DNA from: an uncultured Chloroflexia bacterium
GTDB taxonomy: Bacteria; Chloroflexota; Limnocylindria; QHBO01
Reading direction: 5' to 3'
Length of the DNA: 64,000 nucleotides
NCBI GenBank assembly: GCA_963825525.1
Contig: CAWGTN010000002.1
Span: 1,856,001 to 1,920,000 of the forward strand
Below, piece after piece: positions 38,676 to 48,452 of this stretch (positions are counted from its first letter, which is position 1; the number at the start of each line of letters is the position of its first letter). The notes below the pieces were generated by a model. That model ran no database searches. It worked only from the letters and a program-made list of their open reading frames with translations, and was not told the origin of the DNA. The position numbers and the translations under genes were made by a program.

Positions 38676-39842
38676 CTACGCCAAGCTCGGGAGAATCTCG
38701 ACGCCAGCGATCCAGGTCCGGAGCGGTCGAACCGCGCCGAGGTGGAGGGCGAACGCCCCCTCGTGCTCCGCGTCCCAGGCAACGAGGTCGGCCGCGGCAC
38801 CGACCTCCAGCCTGCCGATGTCTTGCCGGCGCAGGGCCGATGCGCCTCCGCGGGTGGCCGCGGTCAGGGCCTCGGTGACCGTCATTCCCATGAGAGTTGC
38901 CGAAAGGCCGATGACCAGCGGCATGGTCCCGAAGCCGCCGAAGGTCCCCGCGTTCGCATCGCTGGCGACGGCGACCTGGGCACCCGCGTCAAGCAGCGCT
39001 CGGGCCGGGGGCAGCCGATCCCTCAGCACGATCGCCGGGGCCGGCAGCAGGGTCGCCACCGTCTCGGACCGCGAGAGCGCCGCGATGCCCGGCTCATCCA
39101 GCTGCTCGAGGTGGTCCACGGACGCGGCTCCGAGCCGTGCCCCGAGCTCCGCGGCACCGGTCAGCGCCAGCTGATCGGCATGAAGACGGACTCCGAGTCC
39201 GGCGGCCAGCGCCGCGCGGCCGATCCGCTCGGTTGATCGGAGGTCGAAGAAGCCGGCATCGGAGAAGACGTCGACAAACGCGGCGAGTCCCGCTTCGGCC
39301 ACCGCCGGGATCATCTCGTCGGCGACGAAGGCCGCGTACTCGTCCAGGCCCCGGGCTTCGGGCGGGACCGCATGCGCCCCCAGGAAGGTGGGCACGACAT
39401 GCAGGGGCAGGCGCGCGGCGACCCGCTGGATGATGCGCAGGTGCCGAAGCTCCTCGTCGAGGGACAGCCCGTAGCCCGACTTGCATTCGACGGTGGTCGT
39501 GCCCGCCGCGAGAGCCGCCCGCAGCCGCCGCTCGACCAGTGCCTCGAGCGTGGCGTCGTCGGCGTTCCGGGTCGCGTCGACGGTGCGCAGGATGCCGCCC
39601 TCGCTGTACGCCTGGCCCTCGAGCCTCGCGGCCGCCTCGTCGGATCGATCGCCGGCGAAGACCGGATGCGTGTGGCTGTCGACAAGCCCGGGGGTGACGA
39701 GCGCACTGCCAAGCTCCATCCGCTCATCGTCGGCCGGCGCATCCCGTGGCGCGCCGATCCAGGCGATCCGGCCGTCGCGCACGAGGAGCGCCCACGGCGA
39801 GGGACCGGCGGGCGCCAGTCGGCCGGTGCCGGTCAGCAGCAT
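38676..39842 (-). CDS. hutI: Imidazolonepropionase
   Basis: PGLVDSHTH..FAG.R, GGI..TV..TR, GTTTVECKSGYGL, FLGAH, HADQL, DHLE. Confidence 0.88.
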   Translation of the reverse strand: MLLTGTGRLAPAGPSPWALLVRDGRIAWIGAPRDAPADDERMELGSALVTPGLVDSHTHPVFAGDRSDEAAARLEGQAYSEGGILRTVDATRNADDATLEALVERRLRAALAAGTTTVECKSGYGLSLDEELRHLRIIQRVAARLPLHVVPTFLGAHAVPPEARGLDEYAAFVADEMIPAVAEAGLAAFVDVFSDAGFFDLRSTERIGRAALAAGLGVRLHADQLALTGAAELGARLGAASVDHLEQLDEPGIAALSRSETVATLLPAPAIVLRDRLPPARALLDAGAQVAVASDANAGTFGGFGTMPLVIGLSATLMGMTVTEALTAATRGGASALRRQDIGRLEVGAAADLVAWDAEHEGAFALHLGAVRPLRTWIAGVEILPSLA

Positions 39843-39848
39843 GGCCGG

Positions 39849-39995
39849 CTAGAGGACGCGGCCGCGGGTGACGAGCCGATAGACGATCACCACCAGCGCC
39901 ACGATGAGCAGGAGGTGGATCAGGGCCCCGAACAGCTTGAGCACGAGCCCGAGCAGCCAGAGGCCGACGAGCAATGCGACGATGAACCACAGCAT
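39849..39995 (-). CDS. Small membrane protein (lmo0937/DUF5670-like)
   Basis: MLWFIVALLVGLWLLG...LIHLLLIVALVV; TACGCT -10 lies 6 nt upstream. Confidence 0.8.
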   Translation of the reverse strand: MLWFIVALLVGLWLLGLVLKLFGALIHLLLIVALVVIVYRLVTRGRVL

Positions 39996-40038
39996 GAGGG
40001 GAGCGTAGCGCTTCGGACGCCCGGTTACACTCGCTTGG

Positions 40039-41682
40039 ATGGCCGTCAAGCCTGCGATTCTCGCCGTCGACGATGACGCTCCGGTCCTGCGGGCCGTCGA
40101 ACGTGACATCCGCGCGCGCTACGGAGAGGACTATCGCGTCCTTGCGGCCGGGTCGGGAGCCGAGGCGCTCGAGCTGGTGCGCGAGCTCACGCGGCGCGGA
40201 GACGCGATCGCCCTCTTCCTCGTCGACCAGCGGATGCCCGTCATGACCGGGATCGAGCTGCTGCGCGAGGCACTCCCGCTCCAGCCCGATGCGAAGCGCG
40301 TCCTGCTGACGGCCTACGCCGATACCGACGTCGCCATCCGCGCCATCAACGAGATCGCGCTCGACCAGTACCTCCTCAAGCCGTGGGACCCACCCGAGGA
40401 GCGCCTCTACCCTGTTGTCGACGACCTGCTCACCGACTGGACAGCCGCGTTCCGCCCGGCGTTCGAGGGATTGCGGCTGCTCGCCGGCCGATGGGCCCCG
40501 CGCGGCCACGACATCCGCGACTTCCTGACCCGCAACCAGGTCCCGTACACGTGGCTCGATCCCGCCGAGGACGAGGGCCGTCGCCTTGCGGACTCCTTGA
40601 GCGAGGACGTCGATCCCGCCGTTCCCATCGTGCTCTTTGCCGATGGTCGGGTGATGCACGGCCCATCGTTGCGTGAGGTGGCGGATGCCATCGGACTGTC
40701 GACGACGGCCGCGTTGCCCTTCTACGACCTGGTGATCATCGGGGCCGGGCCCGCCGGGCTGGCGGCCGCGGTGTACGGGGCCAGCGAGGGCCTGAAGACC
40801 CTCCTCATCGAGCGCGAAGCGCCCGGCGGCCAGGCCGGTACCACCAGCCGGATCGAGAACTACCTGGGCTTCCCGTCGGGCCTGACCGGCGCCGATCTTG
40901 CTCGACGGGCCCTCGCCCAGGCGCGCCGCCTGGGCGCCGAGATCCTCTCCTCGCAGGCGGTGGCCGGCATCCGCAGGGCGGATCCCTATCGGACCATCGT
41001 GCTCGAGGACGGGACCGAGCTCTCATGCCAGGCGGTGGTCGTCGCCACCGGCGTCAGCTATCGGGTGCTCGATGTGCCGCGCGCCTCGGACTTCATCGGT
41101 GCCGGCCTGTACTACGGTGCCGCGACCACGGAGGCGCTCCTCTACCGAGACGCGGAGGTCGGCGTCATCGGCTCCGGCAACTCGGCCGGCCAGGCGGCCG
41201 TCCACCTGTCTCGCTTCGCCTCACGGGTCCACCTGCTCGTCCGCGGGGAGGGGATCGAGGCGACGATGAGCGCCTACCTGGTCGAACAGCTCATGGGCCT
41301 CGACAACCTGGAGCTTCACACCGGAGCCCAGCTCCGCGAGCTGGCCGGAAGCGATCACCTCGAGGGGGCGACGTTCGATGTCGGCGACGGGACCCTGGAG
41401 CTGCCGCTCTCGGCGCTCTTCGTGTTCATCGGACAGCAGCCGCGCACGGCCTGGCTGGCTGGAGTCGTCGCATGCGACGATCGCGGGTTCATCGTCACCG
41501 GCCAGGATGTCGCGTCGGCGGACCGACCGCCGGGGCGCTCGCCGGGTCATCTCGAATCGAGTCTCCCGGGCGTGTTCGCGGCCGGGGACGTTCGGCACCA
41601 GTCGATCAAGCGCATCGCCAGCGCAGTCGGGGAGGGAGCCATGGCCGTGAGCCTCATCCACCAGTACCTGGCCGACCTGTGA
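40039..41682 (+). CDS. Receiver domain-thioredoxin reductase-like fusion
   Basis: VDDD, DQRMP, LLTAY, KPW receiver; GAGPAG, GGQAGTTSRIENYLGFP, FAAGDVR, KRIASAVGEG. Confidence 0.92.
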   Translation: MAVKPAILAVDDDAPVLRAVERDIRARYGEDYRVLAAGSGAEALELVRELTRRGDAIALFLVDQRMPVMTGIELLREALPLQPDAKRVLLTAYADTDVAIRAINEIALDQYLLKPWDPPEERLYPVVDDLLTDWTAAFRPAFEGLRLLAGRWAPRGHDIRDFLTRNQVPYTWLDPAEDEGRRLADSLSEDVDPAVPIVLFADGRVMHGPSLREVADAIGLSTTAALPFYDLVIIGAGPAGLAAAVYGASEGLKTLLIEREAPGGQAGTTSRIENYLGFPSGLTGADLARRALAQARRLGAEILSSQAVAGIRRADPYRTIVLEDGTELSCQAVVVATGVSYRVLDVPRASDFIGAGLYYGAATTEALLYRDAEVGVIGSGNSAGQAAVHLSRFASRVHLLVRGEGIEATMSAYLVEQLMGLDNLELHTGAQLRELAGSDHLEGATFDVGDGTLELPLSALFVFIGQQPRTAWLAGVVACDDRGFIVTGQDVASADRPPGRSPGHLESSLPGVFAAGDVRHQSIKRIASAVGEGAMAVSLIHQYLADL

Positions 41683-43007
41683 CCCACGAGCACCTCCCCG
41701 CGGCTGACATCGCGGAGCGGCTGCGCGGCACGGCCCTCTTCGGCGGCCTGGACGATGAGCAGCTCGCCCGGCTCATCGAGATGGGCGAGATCATCGACCT
41801 TGCGCCCGGTGAGGTGCTGATTCGCGAGGGAGATGTGGCCTCCGCGCTGTTCGTCATCCTGGAGGGGGAGCTCGATGTCTCGAAGCTCAGCGGCACCACC
41901 GACATCCCGTTGGCGCGCGTCGGGCCCGGCGCGCTCCAGGGCGAGATGGCGGCGCTGGAAGGCGGACGCCGGCTCGCCACGGTCCGGGCCGTGAGCGAGG
42001 CCGAGGCGCTGCGCGTCCCCGTCGACGCCATGCGCCAGCTGCTGAATGCCGGGCCCGACGTGGCGTTGAGCGTGATCCGCACGGCGGTTGGCCGTCTTCG
42101 TTCGATGGAGTCGACGCTGCGCGAGCGAGAGAAGCTGGCCGGGCTCGGGACGCTGGCCGCCGGGCTTGCCCACGAGCTCAACAACCCGGCGGCCGCCGCG
42201 TCTCGCTCCGCGCGCGCATTAGCCGATGCCGTGCGGGCCGCCGAATCGCTGCCGCGGCCGTCACCGCCGCCGATCCCGCCGGAGGGAGGAGGTACGCCCC
42301 TGTCGGCGCTGGATCGCGCTGATCGGATCGATGAGATCGCCGAGCTGGCCGGAGGATCCGAGGCCGCCAGCGCGCTCGTCGATGCGGGCTGGACCATCGA
42401 AGCGCTGCGCGATCAGCCGGGTGAGGTCGTCCCGTGGCTGGCAGCCGACGCCACGGTCCACCAGCTGTTGTCCGAGGTGGCCATGGCCGTCGATCGGATC
42501 AGCGAGATCGTGGCCGCGGTGAAGGGCTATGCGTACCTGGACCAGGCGCCGCGGCAACGCATCGACGTCCGGATCGGCCTGGAGCAGACGCTCGTCATCC
42601 TGCGCCATCGGCTGCGCGATGGTGGGGTGACGGTGGTCCTCGAGATCGCCGACGACCTGCCGGAGATCGAGGCCTTCGGCTCCGAGCTCAACCAGGTCTG
42701 GACGAACCTCGTCGACAACGCGATCGATGCCATGGATGGGGCCGGCACCCTCACCGTGCGGGCGGAGCGCGAGAGCGACGGCGTGCGCGTCTCGATCTGC
42801 AATACCGGCGAGCCGATTCCGGACGATGTCAGGCCGCGCCTCTTCGAGCCGTTCTACACCACCAAGCCGCCCGGCAAGGGAACCGGCCTGGGCCTCCACA
42901 TCTCGCACAACGTGGTGGCGCGGCACGGCGGCCGGATCGAAGTGGAGAGCAATCCCGACGCGACCTGCTTCGTCATCGTGCTGCCGAACGAGGTTCCCGC
43001 CGCCTAG
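41679..43007 (+). CDS. cNMP-binding-domain histidine kinase
   Basis: GEM...RLATV cNMP domain; AHELNNP, NQVWTNLVDNA, FYTTK..GKGTGLGL. Confidence 0.92.
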   Translation: MTHEHLPAADIAERLRGTALFGGLDDEQLARLIEMGEIIDLAPGEVLIREGDVASALFVILEGELDVSKLSGTTDIPLARVGPGALQGEMAALEGGRRLATVRAVSEAEALRVPVDAMRQLLNAGPDVALSVIRTAVGRLRSMESTLREREKLAGLGTLAAGLAHELNNPAAAASRSARALADAVRAAESLPRPSPPPIPPEGGGTPLSALDRADRIDEIAELAGGSEAASALVDAGWTIEALRDQPGEVVPWLAADATVHQLLSEVAMAVDRISEIVAAVKGYAYLDQAPRQRIDVRIGLEQTLVILRHRLRDGGVTVVLEIADDLPEIEAFGSELNQVWTNLVDNAIDAMDGAGTLTVRAERESDGVRVSICNTGEPIPDDVRPRLFEPFYTTKPPGKGTGLGLHISHNVVARHGGRIEVESNPDATCFVIVLPNEVPAA

Positions 43008-43927
43008 CCCGCTCCGAGACGGGCTCGCCGCGTCCGCGGAACGCCGATGCGCACCGTCGCCAGCAGCAGGCCGGCCAGGATGAGGGCCACGCCGACCAGC
43101 TGGAAGGCCGACGGCGCCTCCGACAGGATCCAGATCCCAAGCAGCACGGAGCCGACCGGCTGGACGGTGAGGACGACCGATGTGAGGGCCGCCGGCAGTC
43201 GCGGCAGGCTCAGGCTGATCAGCAGCCAGCCGAGCACGTGGATGCCGAGCGCCAGCACGATCAGCCATCCGTGCGATGGCCAGCTTGGCACCAGGTCGAT
43301 CTCGCCCAGCGGCAGGCCGATGGCCAGGGTCACCAGCGCCCCGGACAGGGATGCTTCGAAGAGCGGCCCGGCGGGTCTGCGAATGTCTGCGTTTGCTCCC
43401 CGCTGGATGAGGATGAAGCCGCCGTAGGCCAGGCCGGTTCCGACGCCGAAGAGCACCCCGAGTAGCGGGTTGGCGCCATAGGCCCCCGCGCCGATGACGC
43501 CGGAGATGAGGACGACTCCGGTCAGCACGACCGGGACCGAGAACGCCACCCGGGCCGACGGGCGCTCATGCAGAAACGCCCATGCCGCAAGGGGAACGAC
43601 CACGACCTGGGTGTTGCCCAGCACGGTGGCCAGGCCCGCCCCGACCTGGGCGATCGCGTGGTGCCACAGGATGAGGTCGACCGCAAAGAACGCCCCGGCG
43701 ATCCATGCCAGGCGCGACTGACCCGGCGCTCGGGGGCCGTACTTGCGGCGCTCGAGCCAGGCAAGCAGGGCGAGCGGCGGAAGCGCGTAGGCGAGCCGGA
43801 AGAAGGCCGCCGTGGAGGGTTCGACGTCCGCCAGACGCACGGTGATGGCGGATCCGGCGATGGTCAGCGCACCCAGGAATGCCGTGAGAACCGGCCGATC
43901 GATGAGAAGATGGATGAGCGCGCGCAC
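43004..43927 (-). CDS. DMT/EamA family transporter
   Basis: About 10 TM helices; AFFR, LHERP, QPV..VLLG..ILSE.P. Confidence 0.88.
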   Translation of the reverse strand: MRALIHLLIDRPVLTAFLGALTIAGSAITVRLADVEPSTAAFFRLAYALPPLALLAWLERRKYGPRAPGQSRLAWIAGAFFAVDLILWHHAIAQVGAGLATVLGNTQVVVVPLAAWAFLHERPSARVAFSVPVVLTGVVLISGVIGAGAYGANPLLGVLFGVGTGLAYGGFILIQRGANADIRRPAGPLFEASLSGALVTLAIGLPLGEIDLVPSWPSHGWLIVLALGIHVLGWLLISLSLPRLPAALTSVVLTVQPVGSVLLGIWILSEAPSAFQLVGVALILAGLLLATVRIGVPRTRRARLGAG

Positions 43928-43995
43928 CGGCGAAGCCTAGCCGAGACAATCCTGTCTTGTGTCACGACCGTCGGCGACGCAAACTCGGGGCACTC

Positions 43996-46656
43996 ATGCG
44001 TGATCTGCCGACCGGAACCGTGACGTTCCTGTTCAGTGACATCCAGGGATCGACCCTGCTGTTGCAGGCATTCGGCGAGCGATGGCCCAAGCTGCTCGAG
44101 CGCCACCACGAGCTGCTGCGTGACGCGTTCTCCCGCAACGCCGGCGAAGTGGTCGGGACGGAGGGGGATTCGTTCTTTGTCGTCTTTCGCAACGCGACCG
44201 ACGCGCTGGCAGGCGCAATCGAAGCCCAGCGAGCCTTGACCCTCGAACCCTGGCCGCCCGAGGGACGCATTGCCGTGCGCATGGGCATCCACACCGGCGA
44301 TGCGATGCTGGCGAACGATACGTACGTCGGACTCGACGTTCACCGCGCCGCCCGGATCATGAACGCCGGTCACGGTGGCCAGATCCTGGCATCGTCGGCG
44401 ACGGAGTCACTCGTCCGTCAGTCGCTGCCCTCGGGCGTGGAGCTGGTTGACCTCGGCGTCCACAGGCTGAAGGATCTCGCCGCATCGGAGCAGCTGTTCG
44501 GCGTGCGAGCGGAGGGTCTGCCATCGGACTTTCCTCCGCTCCGGAGCCTGGACACCGCCACCAACAACCTGCCGACGCAGCTGACCAGCTTCCTGGGGAG
44601 GGAGCGCGAGGTCAGCGACATCTGCGAGCTGCTGACCACGCATCGGCTGGTGACCCTCACCGGCCCGGGAGGGACAGGGAAGACGAGGCTGAGCGTGCAG
44701 GCGGCGGCCGAGGTCATGGATCGCTTCCCCGGAGGTGCGTACTTCGTTCGGCTGGCCCCCATTCGGGAGATCGAGCTCGTCCTGCCCACGATCGCGCAGA
44801 CCGTCGGACTCGCGGATCCGGGGCGCAACCCCGTCGAGCGCCTGGCGGAGCACGTGGGTGACAAGCGGATGCTCGTGGTGCTCGACAACCTCGAGCAGGT
44901 GGTGGATGCGGCGGGTGACATCGCGGAGCTCCTGCGCCTCGTGCCCGGGCTCCACATGATCGCCACCAGCCGCAGCGCTCTCCGAATCTACGGTGAGCAG
45001 GAGTATCCGGTCGGCCCGCTGACACTCCCGGATCCGCGCGAGCTGCCTCCCGACGTCACCATCACGCGCTTCCCCGCCGTGGCACTCTTCGTCGAACGTG
45101 CTCGGGCGGTGCGGCCCGACTTCCGGATCACCACGGAGAACGCCTCGGCCGTCGCCGAGATCTGCTGGCGCCTCGACGGACTGCCCCTGGCTCTCGAGCT
45201 CGCCGCAGCACGTATTCGCATCCTGTCTCCCGAGGCCATGCTCTCGCGGTTGACCAGCCGTCTGGACCTGGGAGCGGGTGGGGCGCGAGACCTGCCGGAG
45301 CGCCAGCAGACGCTCCGCGGCGCGATCGCCTGGAGCTACGACATCCTCGACGATGCGGAGCGCCGGATCTTCAGCCGCTTCTCGGTGTTTGTCGGCGGCG
45401 CGGAGCTCGATGCCATCGAGGCGGTCATCGGTGAGGCCGATGCCCTGGACGTTGTCGGCTCGCTGCTCGACAAGAGCCTGCTGCGTCAGCCGGAGGAGGG
45501 CAGCGGGCCGGCTCGGTTCCGCATGCTCGAGACCATCCGCGAGTACGCCGGCGAGCAGCTTGTCGCACTCGGCGAGGCGGATGAGCTTCGACGGCGCCAC
45601 GCGGAGTACTTCGCCGCCCTGGCCGAGGAGATCGCGGCGGACGTGATGGGGCCACGCCAGAGAGAGCTCCTCGACCGCATGGAACGAGATCATGACAACA
45701 TCCGTGTCGCGATCGCCGCCTGCATCGAGCTCGGCGAGGGCGGTCTGGCGCTCCGCCTCCTGGCAGCCTGCTGGCGCTTCTGGCAGATGCGCGGCTACCT
45801 CGGCGAGGGCCGGGAGCGGGCGCGCCGAATTCTCGAGATCCCCGGGATTCCTGACGACACAGTCGCGCGTGCCCGCGCGGAGGAGGCCGCTGGTGGCCTC
45901 GCCTACTGGCAAGGGGAACTCGAGGATGCTCGCGAGCACTACGGCATTGCCCTCCGCATCCACCGCGCCCTCGGCGACGAGTCCGAGGTGGCAAATGCGC
46001 TCTACAACCGCGTGATGAGCTTCGTGGTCACCAATGACGAGAGCGATGCGACAGCTCCCAGCGTTCCGCCGGAGGCCGATCTGGACGCTGACGAAGCCCT
46101 TGCCATCTATCGTCGGCTCGGCGATCGCGCCGGCGAGGGACGGGTGCTGTGGGCGAAGCTTGACATGCGGGTCATCACCCGCAGCACGAACGAGGAAGAG
46201 ATCGAGGACCTGGCGGAACGCTGCATCGAGATCTTCACCGCGATCGACGATCGCTTCATGCTCGCCTGGACGAATTACATGCTCGGCATCCACCAAAACA
46301 CGCTTCGACGCCCCAAGGCGGCGCTCGAGAGGAACCTCAAGGCGCTCGAGCTGTTCCGGGCTTCGGGCGATCTGTCCGGGTATGCACTCGTGCTCGATGG
46401 CTTCGCCGTGACCGCGTTCCTGGCCAACGACCTGCCACGCTCGATGCGCCTCGCCGGCGCAGCCAGTTCCGTGCAGGCGCAGGGAGGTGCCGTCCTCGGC
46501 CGGCTCAATCGCGAGTGGTCGGAGTTCTTCCCCGAGCGGATGATGGACACGCCGGAGCTGGCAGCGGCATACGACGAGGGCCTGCGGATGCCGATCGAGG
46601 AGGCCATTCGACTTTCCGTCGAGCCCTACTCGCTTCCGGATGTCGATGAAGCCTGA
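43996..46656 (+). CDS. Adenylate/guanylate cyclase-STAND ATPase-TPR protein
   Basis: LPTGTVTFLFSDIQGST, EGDSFF, VRMGIHTG, AARI; GPGGTGKT, VLDNLE, LDGLPLALELAA. Confidence 0.92.
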   Translation: MRDLPTGTVTFLFSDIQGSTLLLQAFGERWPKLLERHHELLRDAFSRNAGEVVGTEGDSFFVVFRNATDALAGAIEAQRALTLEPWPPEGRIAVRMGIHTGDAMLANDTYVGLDVHRAARIMNAGHGGQILASSATESLVRQSLPSGVELVDLGVHRLKDLAASEQLFGVRAEGLPSDFPPLRSLDTATNNLPTQLTSFLGREREVSDICELLTTHRLVTLTGPGGTGKTRLSVQAAAEVMDRFPGGAYFVRLAPIREIELVLPTIAQTVGLADPGRNPVERLAEHVGDKRMLVVLDNLEQVVDAAGDIAELLRLVPGLHMIATSRSALRIYGEQEYPVGPLTLPDPRELPPDVTITRFPAVALFVERARAVRPDFRITTENASAVAEICWRLDGLPLALELAAARIRILSPEAMLSRLTSRLDLGAGGARDLPERQQTLRGAIAWSYDILDDAERRIFSRFSVFVGGAELDAIEAVIGEADALDVVGSLLDKSLLRQPEEGSGPARFRMLETIREYAGEQLVALGEADELRRRHAEYFAALAEEIAADVMGPRQRELLDRMERDHDNIRVAIAACIELGEGGLALRLLAACWRFWQMRGYLGEGRERARRILEIPGIPDDTVARARAEEAAGGLAYWQGELEDAREHYGIALRIHRALGDESEVANALYNRVMSFVVTNDESDATAPSVPPEADLDADEALAIYRRLGDRAGEGRVLWAKLDMRVITRSTNEEEIEDLAERCIEIFTAIDDRFMLAWTNYMLGIHQNTLRRPKAALERNLKALELFRASGDLSGYALVLDGFAVTAFLANDLPRSMRLAGAASSVQAQGGAVLGRLNREWSEFFPERMMDTPELAAAYDEGLRMPIEEAIRLSVEPYSLPDVDEA

Positions 46657-46683
46657 CCAACTCCCGCCGGTGCCCGACGGCGG

Positions 46684-47487
46684 CTAGGCGGGCGCCGCCA
46701 GGTCGCGTCTCGGGAAGACGATCAGCGCGTAGATCAGCGGGGTCACGGCGGCCACGAAGACGATGACGAGGTCAATCGGGTCGAGCTTGCCGGTCAGGAT
46801 CTCTCCCGGGTTGAAGTGGTGGAGCAGCGAGTACTCCTGGGTCCAGGCTGCATCGGTCCACAGTGAGCCCAGGATCTCGCCGAAGTAGTGCAGCAACAGC
46901 CACCCGACCGAGATGCCGATGGCCGGACCCGGTCGATCGAATGTGACCGACGCTGCCAGGCTGAACGTCGTGAAGCCAGCCCACAGCAGGAAGCCATTGA
47001 GCAGCACCAGGGGCAGCTGGCCGAGGTCGAGCTCATCGATCAGCCCGATGGCGGCGGATGAGCCGATCATGCCGCCGAGCATCGCGACGAGCACGATCAG
47101 GACGGTGACGAGCAGCGCCGCCAGGATGCTCGCGTACAACGCGATGCGCGAGATCGGCCGCGCCAGCAGTACCTCGAGGGTGCCACGGGCGCGCTCTCCC
47201 GCGATCGCCGTTGCCGATGCGCCGACGGCGAAGATTCCGAGCATCGCCAGCGCGAGCGGGTGCTGGAGCCCGAGCGTGATGGAGCCCGGGAGGGTGAACA
47301 GCGAACCGGAGCCGATGTTCAGCATGCTCTCGGGGATCGCGCCCGAGTTCGCAAGGTCCCGGAAGGCTTCGCTGAATGCGTCGAAGATGATCGGGATGAT
47401 CACGCCCCACGCGATGGCGGCGAGCGTGACGACAAGCAACGTGACGCGTTCCCAGCGCAGGGATTGAACGAAGAGCCGCATGTTCAT
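46684..47487 (-). CDS. ABC-2 type permease
   Basis: IAGERARGTLEVLLARPISR; about 6 TM helices. Confidence 0.87.
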   Translation of the reverse strand: MNMRLFVQSLRWERVTLLVVTLAAIAWGVIIPIIFDAFSEAFRDLANSGAIPESMLNIGSGSLFTLPGSITLGLQHPLALAMLGIFAVGASATAIAGERARGTLEVLLARPISRIALYASILAALLVTVLIVLVAMLGGMIGSSAAIGLIDELDLGQLPLVLLNGFLLWAGFTTFSLAASVTFDRPGPAIGISVGWLLLHYFGEILGSLWTDAAWTQEYSLLHHFNPGEILTGKLDPIDLVIVFVAAVTPLIYALIVFPRRDLAAPA

Positions 47488-48419
47488 CGGCCGTCTCGCT
47501 GCGGTTCGGCGGACGGGTCGTCGCCGGCGTAGTACTCGAGGAATGCCTCTTCCAGGCTGGCCGGCTCGATGGTGAGGTCGTCGAGGTTCGGCGAGGCAAT
47601 GGAGCGAATGAATCCCGATACCTCGCCGGAGAGCATGCCGATCAACCGATTGCCATCGACGTGGACGTCCTCGAGACCGGGGAGCGTGGATGGGTCCGGT
47701 GCGGCGCCGCGCCAGCGCAGGGTGACGCGCCGCCGCCGCCGCGCGAGCAGCTCCCCGACATCATGGATGGCCATGAGATGACCGGCACGAATGATCGCCA
47801 CCCGGTCGCACAGCCGCTCGACCTCCGAGAGCACGTGCGAGCTGAAGAAGACGGTCCGTCCCTCCCGACGCAGATCGTCCAGGATCGCGTAGAAGGCATG
47901 CTGCATCAACGGGTCGAGGCCTTCCGTCGGTTCGTCGAGGATGGCGAGCTCCGGGTCGTGCTGGAGGGCCTGAACCACCCCGATCTTCTGCCGCATGCCG
48001 CGCGAGTAGTCGCGCACCTTGCGCTTCAGGACCGATGCCGGCAGCTCGAGCCGGTCGCACAGCTGCTGGCGCCGATGCGGTGTTCGGCCCTGCATGTCGG
48101 CGAGGTAGTCGAGCACCTGCTCGCCGTTCAGCGAGTCATAGAGCGCGATGCCGCCCGGCAGGTAGCCGGTGAGCCGCCGAATCTCGACCGAGTCCGTTGC
48201 CACATTCCTGCCCAGCACCGTCGCGCTGCCGCTCGTTGCGTGCAGGAACCCCAGCAGGGTTCGGATCATCGTCGATTTGCCGGCGCCATTCGGCCCAAGG
48301 AAGCCGAAGATCTCGCCCTCCGTGACGTCGAGCGTCAGGTCGGTGAGCGCCGGCACGGAACCATAGTGCTTGGTCAGCGCCTGGGTGCTGATGACGGCCG
48401 TCGTCGGTGGACTCTGCAT
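47484..48419 (-). CDS. ABC transporter ATP-binding protein
   Basis: GPNGAGKST, YSRGMRQK, ILDEPT.GLDP, SSH. Confidence 0.92.
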   Translation of the reverse strand: MQSPPTTAVISTQALTKHYGSVPALTDLTLDVTEGEIFGFLGPNGAGKSTMIRTLLGFLHATSGSATVLGRNVATDSVEIRRLTGYLPGGIALYDSLNGEQVLDYLADMQGRTPHRRQQLCDRLELPASVLKRKVRDYSRGMRQKIGVVQALQHDPELAILDEPTEGLDPLMQHAFYAILDDLRREGRTVFFSSHVLSEVERLCDRVAIIRAGHLMAIHDVGELLARRRRRVTLRWRGAAPDPSTLPGLEDVHVDGNRLIGMLSGEVSGFIRSIASPNLDDLTIEPASLEEAFLEYYAGDDPSAEPQRDGR

Positions 48420-48452
48420 CGGACCGATCGTACTCCGCGCTAGGATCGGCCG

